DNA of 20,000 nucleotides from an uncultured virus (IMG/VR IMGVR_UViG_3300031857_000106) (IMGVR_UViG_3300031857_000106:56414-76413); one strand, 5' to 3'; shown: positions 1 to 8,883, numbered from the stretch's first letter. Notes: generated by a model from the letters alone, not told the origin. Numbers and translations: made by a program.

Positions 1-2
1 TC

Positions 3-593
3 TGCGATAATAGCGGATCTGCATGGGGAAGCTGCAATTCAGAATATGGATCGGTCACCGTAGCAGAGATCGCGAACCTCTCGGCTTTGATCACCGGAGC
101 CAATGCCGAAGAAGGCCACGTCGGAGTCTTTGGAGATAAATTAGAAACTCGTGGAGTTTCCAAAAGGAACGGCATCATGGCCCAACTGGAAGAATCGAAT
201 GCAATTGGCAACACGGTCGGACAGAGCACTGAAAACGGGATCTGGCTCTTCTGGGACAAAGCAATCAAGAACAAGGAGCACTGGGACACCGTCTTCATCT
301 ACTCTGATATGCAGGCCGGCACCGGAGGCCTCTACGGAGTCAATGCTGAAGACTATAAAGAGTTCAGACATAAAGACGGCAGACACATCGACGTCCTTGC
401 TCTGGTCCAAAAATACCGAAGAGAAGTAAACTCAAGAGTGAACGTCTTTTCGGTCCAAGTTGCAGGTTACGACAATTCAGTCCTTCCGGGTAACATTTAC
501 CGAGGAGCAATTCTCACAGGTTGGACAGGCAAAGAATCACTCTACGCCCAGGAGATCATCAAAATCTGGGACGAAATAGAAAATATAAAATGA
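3..593 (+). CDS. TROVE/Ro60-like protein, C-terminal vWA domain (5' truncated by window)
   Basis: Frame is open from base 3: CDNSGSAWG (MIDAS DxSxS), then GVFGD, NTVGQSTENG, FIYSDMQAG and SVQVAGY, matching the layout of the TROVE-associated vWA domain. Confidence 0.75.
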   Translation, partial: CDNSGSAWGSCNSEYGSVTVAEIANLSALITGANAEEGHVGVFGDKLETRGVSKRNGIMAQLEESNAIGNTVGQSTENGIWLFWDKAIKNKEHWDTVFIYSDMQAGTGGLYGVNAEDYKEFRHKDGRHIDVLALVQKYRREVNSRVNVFSVQVAGYDNSVLPGNIYRGAILTGWTGKESLYAQEIIKIWDEIENIK

Positions 594-691
594 AAAAGTT
601 TTTCGCTTTGATGAAGAAGTTCTATAATTTCCTCAAGCTGGTCGAGGAATTGAGAATGAAGTGTATGATAAAATCAGGCAGAGGCTATTAA
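590..691 (+). CDS. small hypothetical protein (33 aa, MKKFFALMKKFYNFLKLVEELRMKCMIKSGRGY)
   Basis: ATGA overlap with the upstream stop; fills the gap; below the ORF-track size cutoff. Confidence 0.5.
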   Translation: MKKFFALMKKFYNFLKLVEELRMKCMIKSGRGY

Positions 692-709
692 CTTACAAAA
701 TGCTAAAGC

Positions 710-1426
710 ATGAGAGAAATAAAAAGGAAGAGCTCGAAGCTCGTTGATTGGGAACTCTATGAAGCAATCCCACAAGTCTACGTAGTCCGAGTCGAAGACT
801 CTTACCAGAGAGCAATGCTCTTCCTCAGATACCAAGAACACTACGAATCTCCCTACAACAAGTTCCAAGGAAAGAGCTTCAACATTTTTGAGTTCATGGA
901 CCACTACCGAAAAGACCGAGGAGCCTGTGCTTTTCTTTATCCGAGCGAGTGGTCAGGGTACAACATACCGAGCAGCTCTCTTCTCAAATGTTACGTCGAG
1001 GTAAAAGACAACAACCCATACGATGAAGCAATGGGCGAAATCATCATCAAGATCTCAGAGGAGCTCCTCGCTGGAAAAGCTCCTGGGCAGAAAGCTCCTA
1101 AATTCTATCTCATCGGTGTCGACAAGATTGAAGGAGGAGTCATGGACCACGAAATTGCACACGCTCTCTTCTTCATCGATCCTCAATATAGAAAGAAGGC
1201 CACAGATCTCGTCTCAAAGCTCGCTCCTCGAAAAAGAGAGAAGATGGAGAAGATACTCCTCGGCCTCGGCTACCGCCCTCAAGTTCTAGTAGATGAGATT
1301 CAAGCTTTCATGAGCACTGGTCTTTGGCCTGGCATGGCAAAGGTCGTCACTGAAAAGGATTGTAAGCCCTTCATTGAAAATTGGCTTGACACCTCGTTAG
1401 CGTGTTCTCCCGATTTCAAGAGATAA
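710..1426 (+). CDS. hypothetical protein with HExxH zinc-metallopeptidase-like motif
   Basis: 238 aa; DHEIAH followed downstream by DEIQAF (possible third ligand). Confidence 0.6.
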   Translation: MREIKRKSSKLVDWELYEAIPQVYVVRVEDSYQRAMLFLRYQEHYESPYNKFQGKSFNIFEFMDHYRKDRGACAFLYPSEWSGYNIPSSSLLKCYVEVKDNNPYDEAMGEIIIKISEELLAGKAPGQKAPKFYLIGVDKIEGGVMDHEIAHALFFIDPQYRKKATDLVSKLAPRKREKMEKILLGLGYRPQVLVDEIQAFMSTGLWPGMAKVVTEKDCKPFIENWLDTSLACSPDFKR

Positions 1427-1460
1427 TTTTCTCTTCTCGTTTCATTTTTCTATATTTTAC
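1427..1460 (+). promoter_or_regulatory. Bacteroidota-like promoter TTTC-N19-TATATTTT
   Basis: Same spacing as copies at 4176, 9551 and 10988; ATG lies 11 nt after the start of the TA box. Confidence 0.6.
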
Positions 1461-1461
1461 T

Positions 1462-1764
1462 ATGAAAAGAATAATCATATTTTGTCTATTCCTCGTAGGA
1501 TGCGTCGACAGGAAGGACTTCGTCGAAGAACGCATATCATATAAGATCGACTCAGTGGCTTATCACCCTGTCGGTTTTCCTAGCGTGGCCAACCTCGATC
1601 CCCGTTGGATCGCCTACACTGAATTCGGACAATTTACCTATCACCATCCGGTCGAAGTCGGAGACAGCGTTGAGGTGATCATCATGACTCCAAAAAGAGA
1701 CACTATGGTCTTTGATCCGATATTAGAACACAGCAAAATAAAAGAAGATGACACCCTTAGATAG
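1462..1764 (+). CDS. putative lipoprotein
   Basis: MKRIIIFCLFLVG-C lipobox-type signal; start moved to ATG 1462. Confidence 0.65.
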   Translation: MKRIIIFCLFLVGCVDRKDFVEERISYKIDSVAYHPVGFPSVANLDPRWIAYTEFGQFTYHHPVEVGDSVEVIIMTPKRDTMVFDPILEHSKIKEDDTLR

Positions 1765-1978
1765 AATGATCGAGTACGTGAGAACCCGTTTCGAAATGGG
1801 AGAGGCTTTTGAGAACATGGCTTCTAACTTGAAAACCGAGGAAAAGAAGATCATTAGCAGAGCTTGGCACGACGGTAACATCATCGGCAGAAATGGCTGG
1901 ATCAGAGAAGAGTACGAAACAGGAGAACAATACTACGAAAAAACTTATGGGCATGAACGAAATGTTGGAGGAAAATAG
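1748..1978 (+). CDS. hypothetical phage protein
   Basis: 76 aa in operon context; ends with EQYYEKTY-type motif. Confidence 0.65.
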   Translation: MTPLDRMIEYVRTRFEMGEAFENMASNLKTEEKKIISRAWHDGNIIGRNGWIREEYETGEQYYEKTYGHERNVGGK

Positions 1979-2126
1979 CTACTGGGACATCGACATCCTG
2001 ATAGAATACCGAAAGAGAAAAAAGAAAGAGATCGATCGGTTGGAAAAAACCCTCTGGTCTCGGATCTGGAACTGGAAGAAGATCAAGAAATTGAAAGAAG
2101 ATCTCGCAAAAATAAGATACGTATGA
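1953..2126 (+). CDS. small basic hypothetical protein
   Basis: Fills gap; ATGA-coupled to the next gene; start uncertain (1947/1953/1962). Confidence 0.55.
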   Translation: MNEMLEENSYWDIDILIEYRKRKKKEIDRLEKTLWSRIWNWKKIKKLKEDLAKIRYV

Positions 2127-2785
2127 GAATCAAGATTAAAAATAAAGAGAAGGTCTGGATCTTCAGCGATCCACACTACAACCACAAGAACATCTGCAGA
2201 GGAGTCACCAACTGGAGGATGACTGATGGTTCAGTTCCTGAAGCACAGACCCGAAATTTCAAAGATCTAGATCAGATGAACGCGGCCATCGTCAATAACA
2301 TCAACGATACGGTAGGCCAGCAAGACATCCTCATCTGTTTAGGAGATTGGTCCTTCGGAGGCTTTGAGAGCATCACAGAGTTCTGGGATCGTCTGATATG
2401 TAAGAACATATATCTCATACTTGGGAACCACGATCACCATATCGAGAATAACCGAGATGACATCGAAAAGCTCTTCTTGGAGGTCGGACACTACGCCACG
2501 CTGGAAATTGAAGACGGTTACAAGTTCAGGTTGATGCACTACCCGATCTCATCCTGGGACGGGTTGAGAAAAGGCGTGATCCACCTCCACGGCCACTGTC
2601 ACCTTCCGACTGATAAGAGGTTTGGAGAAGGAAAGAGGATGGACGTTGGCATGGACGGGCACCCAGAGTTCAGGCCCTATGATCTCAGAAGGGAAATCAT
2701 TCCTCTGATGAACAAGAGGCCTATCGGATCAGAGCTCGGTTCAGAGGACCACCACATGGACGACATTAAAGGAATTGTAGGATAA
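2123..2785 (+). CDS. calcineurin-like metallophosphoesterase
   Basis: Motifs SDPH, LGDW, GNHD, MHYP and HGHCH. Confidence 0.9.
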   Translation: MRIKIKNKEKVWIFSDPHYNHKNICRGVTNWRMTDGSVPEAQTRNFKDLDQMNAAIVNNINDTVGQQDILICLGDWSFGGFESITEFWDRLICKNIYLILGNHDHHIENNRDDIEKLFLEVGHYATLEIEDGYKFRLMHYPISSWDGLRKGVIHLHGHCHLPTDKRFGEGKRMDVGMDGHPEFRPYDLRREIIPLMNKRPIGSELGSEDHHMDDIKGIVG

Positions 2786-2795
2786 AACTAATAAC

Positions 2796-3110
2796 ATGGC
2801 AGAAAAGAAAGAAACGATTGCAGAAGGAATGGGACTCAACGAAGAGTGGGCTCTCATCAACAGGCACCGAGCAGAGAAAATTCTCGAAGAGAATAACACG
2901 GTGTCAGATGCTCTACTGAGCATGGCTGCAGACCTCAGAGAAGAAGAGTTCGGAGGAGGAATAGAAATCTCAATCTATGAAAAGAAGCTCATAATGATGG
3001 GCTTCCACCTCGCTCAACTCATCATGCAAAAACAACAAGAGTCGGTGATTGGAGCTTCTCTACAAGCTCTGCAGACTCTGCAAGAATTGAGAAAAAACTT
3101 AGATGAATAG
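2796..3110 (+). CDS. hypothetical protein
   Basis: 104 aa ORF with A-rich start context. Confidence 0.7.
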   Translation: MAEKKETIAEGMGLNEEWALINRHRAEKILEENNTVSDALLSMAADLREEEFGGGIEISIYEKKLIMMGFHLAQLIMQKQQESVIGASLQALQTLQELRKNLDE

Positions 3111-3582
3111 CATGGAGCACTTAAGAATCAACATACCGATCACGAAGCCTCTGGTCCTCATCGACATGGACGGAGTTCTCTGTGATTTTGAAAAGAGAAA
3201 GAAAGAGATAGAAGCAAAAGGCTTCAAAGGCGGAAGCGTCTTCAAGCACCCAGATGCTTACAAAAACTTGGAGCCGATAGAAGGTGCGATCGAGGCGTGG
3301 CACAAGCTCCAAGAAAAATACGAGACTTACATTCTGAGCACTCCAGCGTGGAGCAATCCAGACAGCTGGTCAGAAAAGCGGATCTGGGTCGAGGAGAACT
3401 TGGGCCGATCAGCTCACAAAAAACTGATCCTCTCGCATCACAAAGGATTGATCAAGGGAGACTATCTCATCGATGACAGAGAAGCAAACGGTGTCGGAGA
3501 TTTCGAGGGCACTCACATTCATTTTGGTACTGAACTCTATCCTGATTGGGAACACGTTCTTCAAAGACTAGGCATTGTATGA
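3103..3582 (+). CDS. 5'(3')-deoxyribonucleotidase, NT5C-type HAD family
   Basis: IDMDGVLCDF (HAD motif I), ILST, EKRIW, GDYLIDD. Confidence 0.9.
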   Translation: MNSMEHLRINIPITKPLVLIDMDGVLCDFEKRKKEIEAKGFKGGSVFKHPDAYKNLEPIEGAIEAWHKLQEKYETYILSTPAWSNPDSWSEKRIWVEENLGRSAHKKLILSHHKGLIKGDYLIDDREANGVGDFEGTHIHFGTELYPDWEHVLQRLGIV

Positions 3583-4175
3583 TCGATAACATTGAACTCA
3601 TCAAACCTCTCCTGAACTTTGACAGAGAAGGAGACTTCTACATGCTCTACGTTTTTAAGAGAAAGAAAGACCAACCTGAAGGAGAGAGGGACAACCACCA
3701 ATCAGTGAGGACGATCAAAACATATTGCATTGAATCAATAGAACATCTTGATCGGCGATACGAGGAGATCAAACAGCTCTGCGAAATGTTCAGAGCTCGA
3801 GCATACATTCACGTCCAAAAGCAAAACCACATGGACGTCTCTTTGGAGATGATGGTCTCTCTAGCTACAAGGATCAAGAACGGACAGACTAATCAGAAGG
3901 GCCTTTTTGATTCTGTTGTCGGCCAGATCAAGACTCAAGAAAAGCGTTGGATCGTAGACATAGACACTAAAGACATCGATTTGACAACTATTGTGTTGTG
4001 GATCGATACTCAGTGTAGGCCCGAAGGTTCTAAAGTCGAAGCTTTAATTCCAACCAAAAGCGGTTTTCACTTAATCACGAGAAGATTTGATGTGATGGAG
4101 TTTAAGAAGAGATACCCTGAGATAGATCTCCAGAAAAAGAATCCTACGTGTTTGTACGTACCTGATTCTCTCTAA
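3579..4175 (+). CDS. hypothetical protein with archaeo-eukaryotic primase (AEP)-like motifs
   Basis: WIVDID and PTKSGFHLI resemble AEP motifs I and II; ATGA-coupled start at 3579. Confidence 0.55.
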   Translation: MIDNIELIKPLLNFDREGDFYMLYVFKRKKDQPEGERDNHQSVRTIKTYCIESIEHLDRRYEEIKQLCEMFRARAYIHVQKQNHMDVSLEMMVSLATRIKNGQTNQKGLFDSVVGQIKTQEKRWIVDIDTKDIDLTTIVLWIDTQCRPEGSKVEALIPTKSGFHLITRRFDVMEFKKRYPEIDLQKKNPTCLYVPDSL

Positions 4176-4209
4176 TTTTCTGGTGTCATCGCCTTTAACT
4201 ATCTTTTAA
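4176..4209 (+). promoter_or_regulatory. Bacteroidota-like promoter TTTC-N19-TATCTTTT
   Basis: Conserved motif and spacing; ATG 11 nt after the start of the TA box. Confidence 0.6.
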
Positions 4210-4210
4210 T

Positions 4211-4375
4211 ATGAAAAAGAAGAAGACGATAAGGTGGAGACAGAAGCTGAACCGAGAAGCCGCGAAAGAACAGGGCTTCTACGACGGCAGGTTCAAACCG
4301 AGGATCGTCAAAGACAAGAAGAAGTGGAATTCTAAACGAGGCTCCCGTGGGTGGAGGCCTGAAAACGAAAACTAA
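4211..4375 (+). CDS. small very basic protein (54 aa), possible ArfA-like ribosome-rescue factor
   Basis: MKKKKTIRWRQKLNREAAKEQGFYDGRFKPRIVKDKKKWNSKRGSRGWRPENEN; directly after a promoter motif; TAATG-coupled to the next ORF. The function is speculative. Confidence 0.6.
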   Translation: MKKKKTIRWRQKLNREAAKEQGFYDGRFKPRIVKDKKKWNSKRGSRGWRPENEN

Positions 4376-4572
4376 TGTTTAACGAACAAGAGCTTTATGA
4401 AAGATACATGCAGGTCTATGAAATCGAGATCAGAGAAACTTCTTCGCCTCTAGGAAGAAAGTTATTGGCCGAGATCAATATGCTCGAAGATCTTACTCTC
4501 GAAGAATTCGAGGAGAGGCTCAAAGAAGACGAAAAATTTAGAAAAAAATGGGGAAACGAACAGATTTTTTAA
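4375..4572 (+). CDS. hypothetical protein
   Basis: 65 aa acidic ORF, translationally coupled. Confidence 0.65.
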   Translation: MFNEQELYERYMQVYEIEIRETSSPLGRKLLAEINMLEDLTLEEFEERLKEDEKFRKKWGNEQIF

Positions 4573-4724
4573 GAAGAGTAGAATGGATTTGGGAATTTTA
4601 TTTTGTCTACTTTATCTTCAACCCAATGAAAATTCACAGATATCACGACTACATGTGGCAGAAATGGGGCTCTAGATATTGTAGCCGAGAAGAATACGAA
4701 AATTACAAAAAAACCATATCATGA
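4548..4724 (+). CDS. small hypothetical protein (58 aa, MGKRTDFLRRVEWIWEFYFVYFIFNPMKIHRYHDYMWQKWG...)
   Basis: Manually translated; fills gap; ATGA-coupled to the ORF at 4721. Confidence 0.55.
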   Translation: MGKRTDFLRRVEWIWEFYFVYFIFNPMKIHRYHDYMWQKWGSRYCSREEYENYKKTIS

Positions 4725-4903
4725 CACAAGTAGGTAAAGGCAGAAAACCCCTGTACAAGAAAAACCACAATGCTTTCGAAGAAAAGAAAGACGAGCTCAT
4801 TAAAGTCCAATTGAACCACAAGACCTGGGTCTATGTGAAAAAGGACATTACAGAGAGCATGATTGAACAGCTCAGAAAAAAGTACACTCCACAATTAGCA
4901 TAG
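4721..4903 (+). CDS. hypothetical protein
   Basis: 60 aa basic ORF. Confidence 0.6.
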   Translation: MTQVGKGRKPLYKKNHNAFEEKKDELIKVQLNHKTWVYVKKDITESMIEQLRKKYTPQLA

Positions 4904-4934
4904 AGCAAAATATATAGTAAAAATAGAAAAGAGA

Positions 4935-5816
4935 GTGAGATTTATTCAGACTTACGACGGCTTTCTAAACGAATCAGCCTTCATAAACGAATCAGCATTC
5001 AGGTTCCTCGGCGAGGCCAAAGAAATGGAGGTTCTAGTTGATCTAGAAGAAGTCGGCAAAAACCCATCAGATTTCTTCGGAGCATTCGACGGCATCTATG
5101 TAATCAACTTAAAGCAAAGAGACGATAGATTAAAATCGTTCAAAGACCAGATGAAAGCAGCAGGCGTCAACGCCGGTGACATAAAGAGAGTAGAGGGCTA
5201 CAATGGAAAAGAGATGGCTGATAAGGTCTTCAAAGATCCCATGTATCTCCTCGATAAGTATTCTGATCTCGTTGACGTAAAAAAGCTCACTGAAGGAAAC
5301 CTTGACAGAGTAAAGCAAGAACCTGGCTGTTATGCATGTTCTGAAAGCCACCGATTGGCGGTAATGCAGGCACAAAAAGACGGTTGTAAAAGACCCCTCA
5401 TTTTCGAAGACGACGCAGTACTTACCAAAGCTCTCTTCACTCAGGGATCTAAGATGAGAGAAAGAATCGATTCTCTCAAGTACGACTTCCTTAACATGGG
5501 TCTCGGAGAGACCAAATTCAACGGAAGAAACTTTAACGGCAGAGGCCTCGTTCAGAAGCTCGTCAAAGGATCCCCTACAAAATTCCACGCATATTCAGTA
5601 GAAGAAAAATCGATGGACGATTTCATCAAAGCTTCTCTCAAGAACTGGACCTACCACGTGGACATTGTAGTAACTAACGAATTCAGAGACGGCGGAAAGA
5701 AATTCTACGCAATGAACCCAAGACCTTTTACTCAGCTCGGAGATCATTCAGACATCCAGGGCAAAGAAATCGGTAAAGGCGGTAAGGGTGAAATGGCTTT
5801 CAAATTCGAAGGCTAA
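4935..5816 (+). CDS. glycosyltransferase family 25-like protein with N-terminal FLNE/FINE leader
   Basis: YVINLKQRDDRL, VEGYNG, GCYACSESH and LIFEDDA are GT25 (Lic2A/LgtB-type) motifs. Confidence 0.8.
   Translation: MRFIQTYDGFLNESAFINESAFRFLGEAKEMEVLVDLEEVGKNPSDFFGAFDGIYVINLKQRDDRLKSFKDQMKAAGVNAGDIKRVEGYNGKEMADKVFKDPMYLLDKYSDLVDVKKLTEGNLDRVKQEPGCYACSESHRLAVMQAQKDGCKRPLIFEDDAVLTKALFTQGSKMRERIDSLKYDFLNMGLGETKFNGRNFNGRGLVQKLVKGSPTKFHAYSVEEKSMDDFIKASLKNWTYHVDIVVTNEFRDGGKKFYAMNPRPFTQLGDHSDIQGKEIGKGGKGEMAFKFEG
4962..4997 (+). repeat. 18-nt in-frame tandem duplication (FLNESA/FINESA)
   Basis: tttctaaacgaatcagcc / ttcataaacgaatcagca. Confidence 0.8.
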
Positions 5817-5836
5817 CATAAAATAGATCAATCTTG

Positions 5837-5864
5837 AAAGGACTTCCTCGGAAGTCCTTTTTTT
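5837..5864 (+). terminator. Rho-independent terminator
   Basis: AAAGGACTTC-CTCG-GAAGTCCTTT followed by more Ts. Confidence 0.9.
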
Positions 5865-5923
5865 GTGAGAGTTTCAAAATACATATACCAAGAGGGCAAC
5901 CTCTGCAAAATAAAAACATAACA

Positions 5924-6748
5924 ATGTTACTTAAGAACGGATCGAAGGGCACCGATGTGGCTGCTCTTCAGAAATTTCTAGGTCTGGCCGCTGATGGCAA
6001 TTTCGGCCCAGGCACGGAAAAAGCAGTAAAAGATTGGCAGGCGAAAAACGGCCTCACTGCCGATGGAATAGTAGGACCTGGTACTTGGGCTAAGATGGGT
6101 CTCGGTGCTGCAGCTCCCGTAGCTGAGTCTGCGCCAGTTCCACCATCAAACTTCAAATTGGAGAAGTTAAAAGGTCACATTCCTGATGCAGTGATCGCAC
6201 AGATCCCTGATACTGCAGCCAAGTTTGGCATCACCAACACTTTGAGACTTGCTCACTTCCTCGCTCAGTGTGGTCACGAATCTGGAGGCTTCAAAGCAGT
6301 TTCCGAGAATTTGAACTACTCTGCAGACGGTTTGAAGAAGATCTTCCCTAAGTATTTTCCAGGAAACTTGAACGAGTCTTACGCTAGAAACCCTGAGAAG
6401 ATCGCTAACAAAGTCTATTCTTCTAGAATGGGTAACGGCGATGAGAAATCTGGTGACGGCTTCAAATTCAGAGGTCGTGGTTACATCCAATTGACGGGCA
6501 AGGACAACTACACAAGGTTTGACAAGACTGTGGATGACGACATCCTCGCAAATCCTGATCTCGTGGCTACTAAGTATCCTCTTTCTTCAGCTGCATTCTT
6601 CTTCAACTCAAACGGGCTCTGGTCCATTTGTGATAAAGGAGCAGACGAAGCGACAGTGACGGCAGTGACCAAGAGAGTCAACGGCGGCACGATCGGTCTC
6701 GCTGACCGCATCAAGCACTTCAAAGAGTACTATCACCTACTCGCATGA
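5924..6748 (+). CDS. endolysin: N-terminal peptidoglycan-binding domain + GH19 (chitinase/lysozyme-like) domain
   Basis: LKNGSKG..V..LQ..LGL.ADG.FGPGTE.AVK.WQ..NGL.ADGIVGPGT (PG_binding_1); HFLAQCGHESGGF, FRGRGYIQLTG.DNY, TKRVNGG (GH19). Start moved to ATG 5924 because the ORF-track extension crosses the terminator. Confidence 0.92.
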   Translation: MLLKNGSKGTDVAALQKFLGLAADGNFGPGTEKAVKDWQAKNGLTADGIVGPGTWAKMGLGAAAPVAESAPVPPSNFKLEKLKGHIPDAVIAQIPDTAAKFGITNTLRLAHFLAQCGHESGGFKAVSENLNYSADGLKKIFPKYFPGNLNESYARNPEKIANKVYSSRMGNGDEKSGDGFKFRGRGYIQLTGKDNYTRFDKTVDDDILANPDLVATKYPLSSAAFFFNSNGLWSICDKGADEATVTAVTKRVNGGTIGLADRIKHFKEYYHLLA

Positions 6749-6756
6749 TAAATAAG

Positions 6757-6786
6757 AAAGAGCGGTAATAAACTTACCGCTCTTTT
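6757..6786 (+). terminator. stem-loop (terminator or 5' leader hairpin)
   Basis: AAAGAGCGGTAA-TAAAC-TTACCGCTCTTT-T, 12-bp perfect stem. Confidence 0.7.
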
Positions 6787-6800
6787 ACAATAAAAGAACT

Positions 6801-7025
6801 ATGAAAAATCTTTTAATCTTCGAGGACTTCTCGAAAACATACGGAGAAAAGATCACTCTCGATCAATTCAGATCTATCAAACCTGGAAGCACTGTCACTT
6901 ATTTAGGTTCAAAATACGAAGTTGTCAAAAATGACGGCTTTGTTCTCTCTTTAAAGAACGAGAGAAGCAGCTTTACCGTCAACTACAGCATGTTCAACCA
7001 CGGTGGCTTCATCAAAAACAGCTAA
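6801..7025 (+). CDS. hypothetical protein, possible internal head protein
   Basis: 74 aa; MKNLLIFEDF leader. Confidence 0.7.
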   Translation: MKNLLIFEDFSKTYGEKITLDQFRSIKPGSTVTYLGSKYEVVKNDGFVLSLKNERSSFTVNYSMFNHGGFIKNS

Positions 7026-7028
7026 GCA

Positions 7029-8357
7029 ATGAAAAGCAAAGACTTCAAAGAGCTCGAAAAAATAGTTCTCAAGCATTTCCCAAACGCAAGATGGGACGAA
7101 AAAACTCTTAAGTGGAGCGCAGAGACGAAACCTAATCCAAAAGATTCTTGGGACGAACCTGAGGCTCTACGGAAATTTGACGCAGAAGCATCGAAGAAAT
7201 TTTATTCTAAGATGTCAGGAAGCTCATGGGACAACGAGGGTAACATCACCATCGGCGTCAGATCTCTCTTTGAGGATCACGTCCTCACCTTTGCTGGCTT
7301 CTTGAACGAGAAGAAACCGGCCGGAGCTCCCGATTGGCACGATTCAGACGCCCCTGACGCAGAAGGTCGTTTCAGAGATCTAGGCATCAAGGACCTAGCA
7401 GCTTGGTTGATCAAGACTCGAAAGAAAGACGTGAAGAAGATCAGCGGCAGCATCACTCAACAGATAGTCTTCAACCGCAAGAGAGATCCTGAATATGCAG
7501 ATAAGATGGAGAAGGTGAGAAAAGAAGTCTATAAACAATTGGGAAGAGAAGATCTTCTCGACGAGGAATTCATAACGGAGGCTGCTTCTAACCCTCTCGT
7601 TGACAAAGTTTTGGAAGCTCTAGAGTCTACCATCGTTGACATGGTTAACAAGACTGAAAAGTTCTACACTGAGAAAGGTTTGAATTTTACAGCTTTTGAT
7701 AGAGAGCTCACAAGGCTCACCGTCATCTACGATCTGCTTAGATCAATCGAGGCTTACACCCTGCCTACTGACACTCTCATCTCAATCAACCCTAGAACCT
7801 CTGGTAAAGGTAACATCGAGATCTATGGAAAGTTGCAGAGGGGAGAAGACACCTACACATTTGAGACTGAGGCGATCATCGCAGGAGGCTACAACATTCA
7901 AAGAGCACACTACAGATACATTACTAAGACGAACTTACCGAAGACCGGTAGAAGCGAAAAAGCCACTGAATACTCTGACAGGATCAAGAAGATGAGCAAG
8001 CTCGAAAAGCTGAACCAAGAGATCAGAACCTGGGAAGAGCGGATGAAGAAGAACGAAGAACACATCGCTTGGGCACAGTCTCTTACTGACGATGAGGTCC
8101 TCAAGAGATACCGAGACGGAGAAAACTCGAGTCGGACAAAGATAAAAGACGATCCAACTTGGGAAGAGATCGTAAAAAACGGAGCTGACAAGAACTACGA
8201 TTACGACAGGAACAAGTACGAACAATCAAAGGCAGAATTCCGCCAGAGCAACATAGACTTTTGGAAGTTGCAAAACATCAAGTGGAAGCAGCAGGACAAC
8301 GTCACCGGAGCAAAGAGAATTGCAGACCTTAACAAGAAAATTGAAGCCGCAATCTGA
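7029..8357 (+). CDS. modular hypothetical protein, possible internal head polyprotein
   Basis: 442 aa; segments separated by LFED, FLNE and FITE motifs; C-terminal coiled coil. Confidence 0.75.
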   Translation: MKSKDFKELEKIVLKHFPNARWDEKTLKWSAETKPNPKDSWDEPEALRKFDAEASKKFYSKMSGSSWDNEGNITIGVRSLFEDHVLTFAGFLNEKKPAGAPDWHDSDAPDAEGRFRDLGIKDLAAWLIKTRKKDVKKISGSITQQIVFNRKRDPEYADKMEKVRKEVYKQLGREDLLDEEFITEAASNPLVDKVLEALESTIVDMVNKTEKFYTEKGLNFTAFDRELTRLTVIYDLLRSIEAYTLPTDTLISINPRTSGKGNIEIYGKLQRGEDTYTFETEAIIAGGYNIQRAHYRYITKTNLPKTGRSEKATEYSDRIKKMSKLEKLNQEIRTWEERMKKNEEHIAWAQSLTDDEVLKRYRDGENSSRTKIKDDPTWEEIVKNGADKNYDYDRNKYEQSKAEFRQSNIDFWKLQNIKWKQQDNVTGAKRIADLNKKIEAAI

Positions 8358-8857
8358 TGTTAGAAGATTTAGAAGAGACCGACTGGGACGAGGCGAGAAA
8401 GTATTTCAATTTGGCAATAGAGGCTCTAAACTGGAGCCTCGTATTGCAATGCTTCCAACAGACAAGCATGGTCTGGAGAGATCCGGACAGCGAGACCATT
8501 AGAATACCTAACCGAGAAGACCTTGAGAAGGAACTCGAAGACGTCTTCGCAGAGATGATGGAGGACGAGCTCACAGAATGCCAGATCGGTCCCTGGATAG
8601 TCAGGATCGAAAACGTGTTAGATCTCGGAACAGAAGTCGAGATCATTTTTACTCCGACTTCTTCTTACGTGATGGACTACGAAGGTTCTGAGAAGGAGAT
8701 GAGAAAGTGGATCAACAACCACGCAATCAAGGACGTGCTCGCTGAAGACCTCAAAGTTGCACTAAGACACTGTGAAGAGTCTGAAAATTACGAGTGGGCT
8801 CGTAAGATACAGAAAGAGATCAAAAGAAGAGAGAAGATCGATTCTAAGAAGAGTTAG
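8357..8857 (+). CDS. acidic hypothetical protein with C-terminal UVR (UvrB/C)-like helical motif
   Basis: ALRHCEESENYEWARKIQKEI resembles the UVR consensus A..E.YE.A..I...I. Confidence 0.65.
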   Translation: MLEDLEETDWDEARKYFNLAIEALNWSLVLQCFQQTSMVWRDPDSETIRIPNREDLEKELEDVFAEMMEDELTECQIGPWIVRIENVLDLGTEVEIIFTPTSSYVMDYEGSEKEMRKWINNHAIKDVLAEDLKVALRHCEESENYEWARKIQKEIKRREKIDSKKS

Positions 8858-8883
8858 AAACTTTACCCACAGACAGAATATAA
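8857..8883 (+). promoter_or_regulatory. promoter-like motif GAAAC-N17-TATAA
   Basis: Identical architecture at 13989-14015; both preceded by TTA. Confidence 0.5.

Noticed and set aside
599..630. Fifth copy of the TTTC..TA promoter (TTTC-N18-TATAATTT)
   Set aside because: Spacing is 18 rather than 19 nt and it lies inside a probable small ORF.
594..709. Y RNA or tRNA-like RNA downstream of the TROVE gene
   Set aside because: The gap holds a plausible 33-aa ORF and no T-loop or long closing stem was seen; the upstream side is outside the window.
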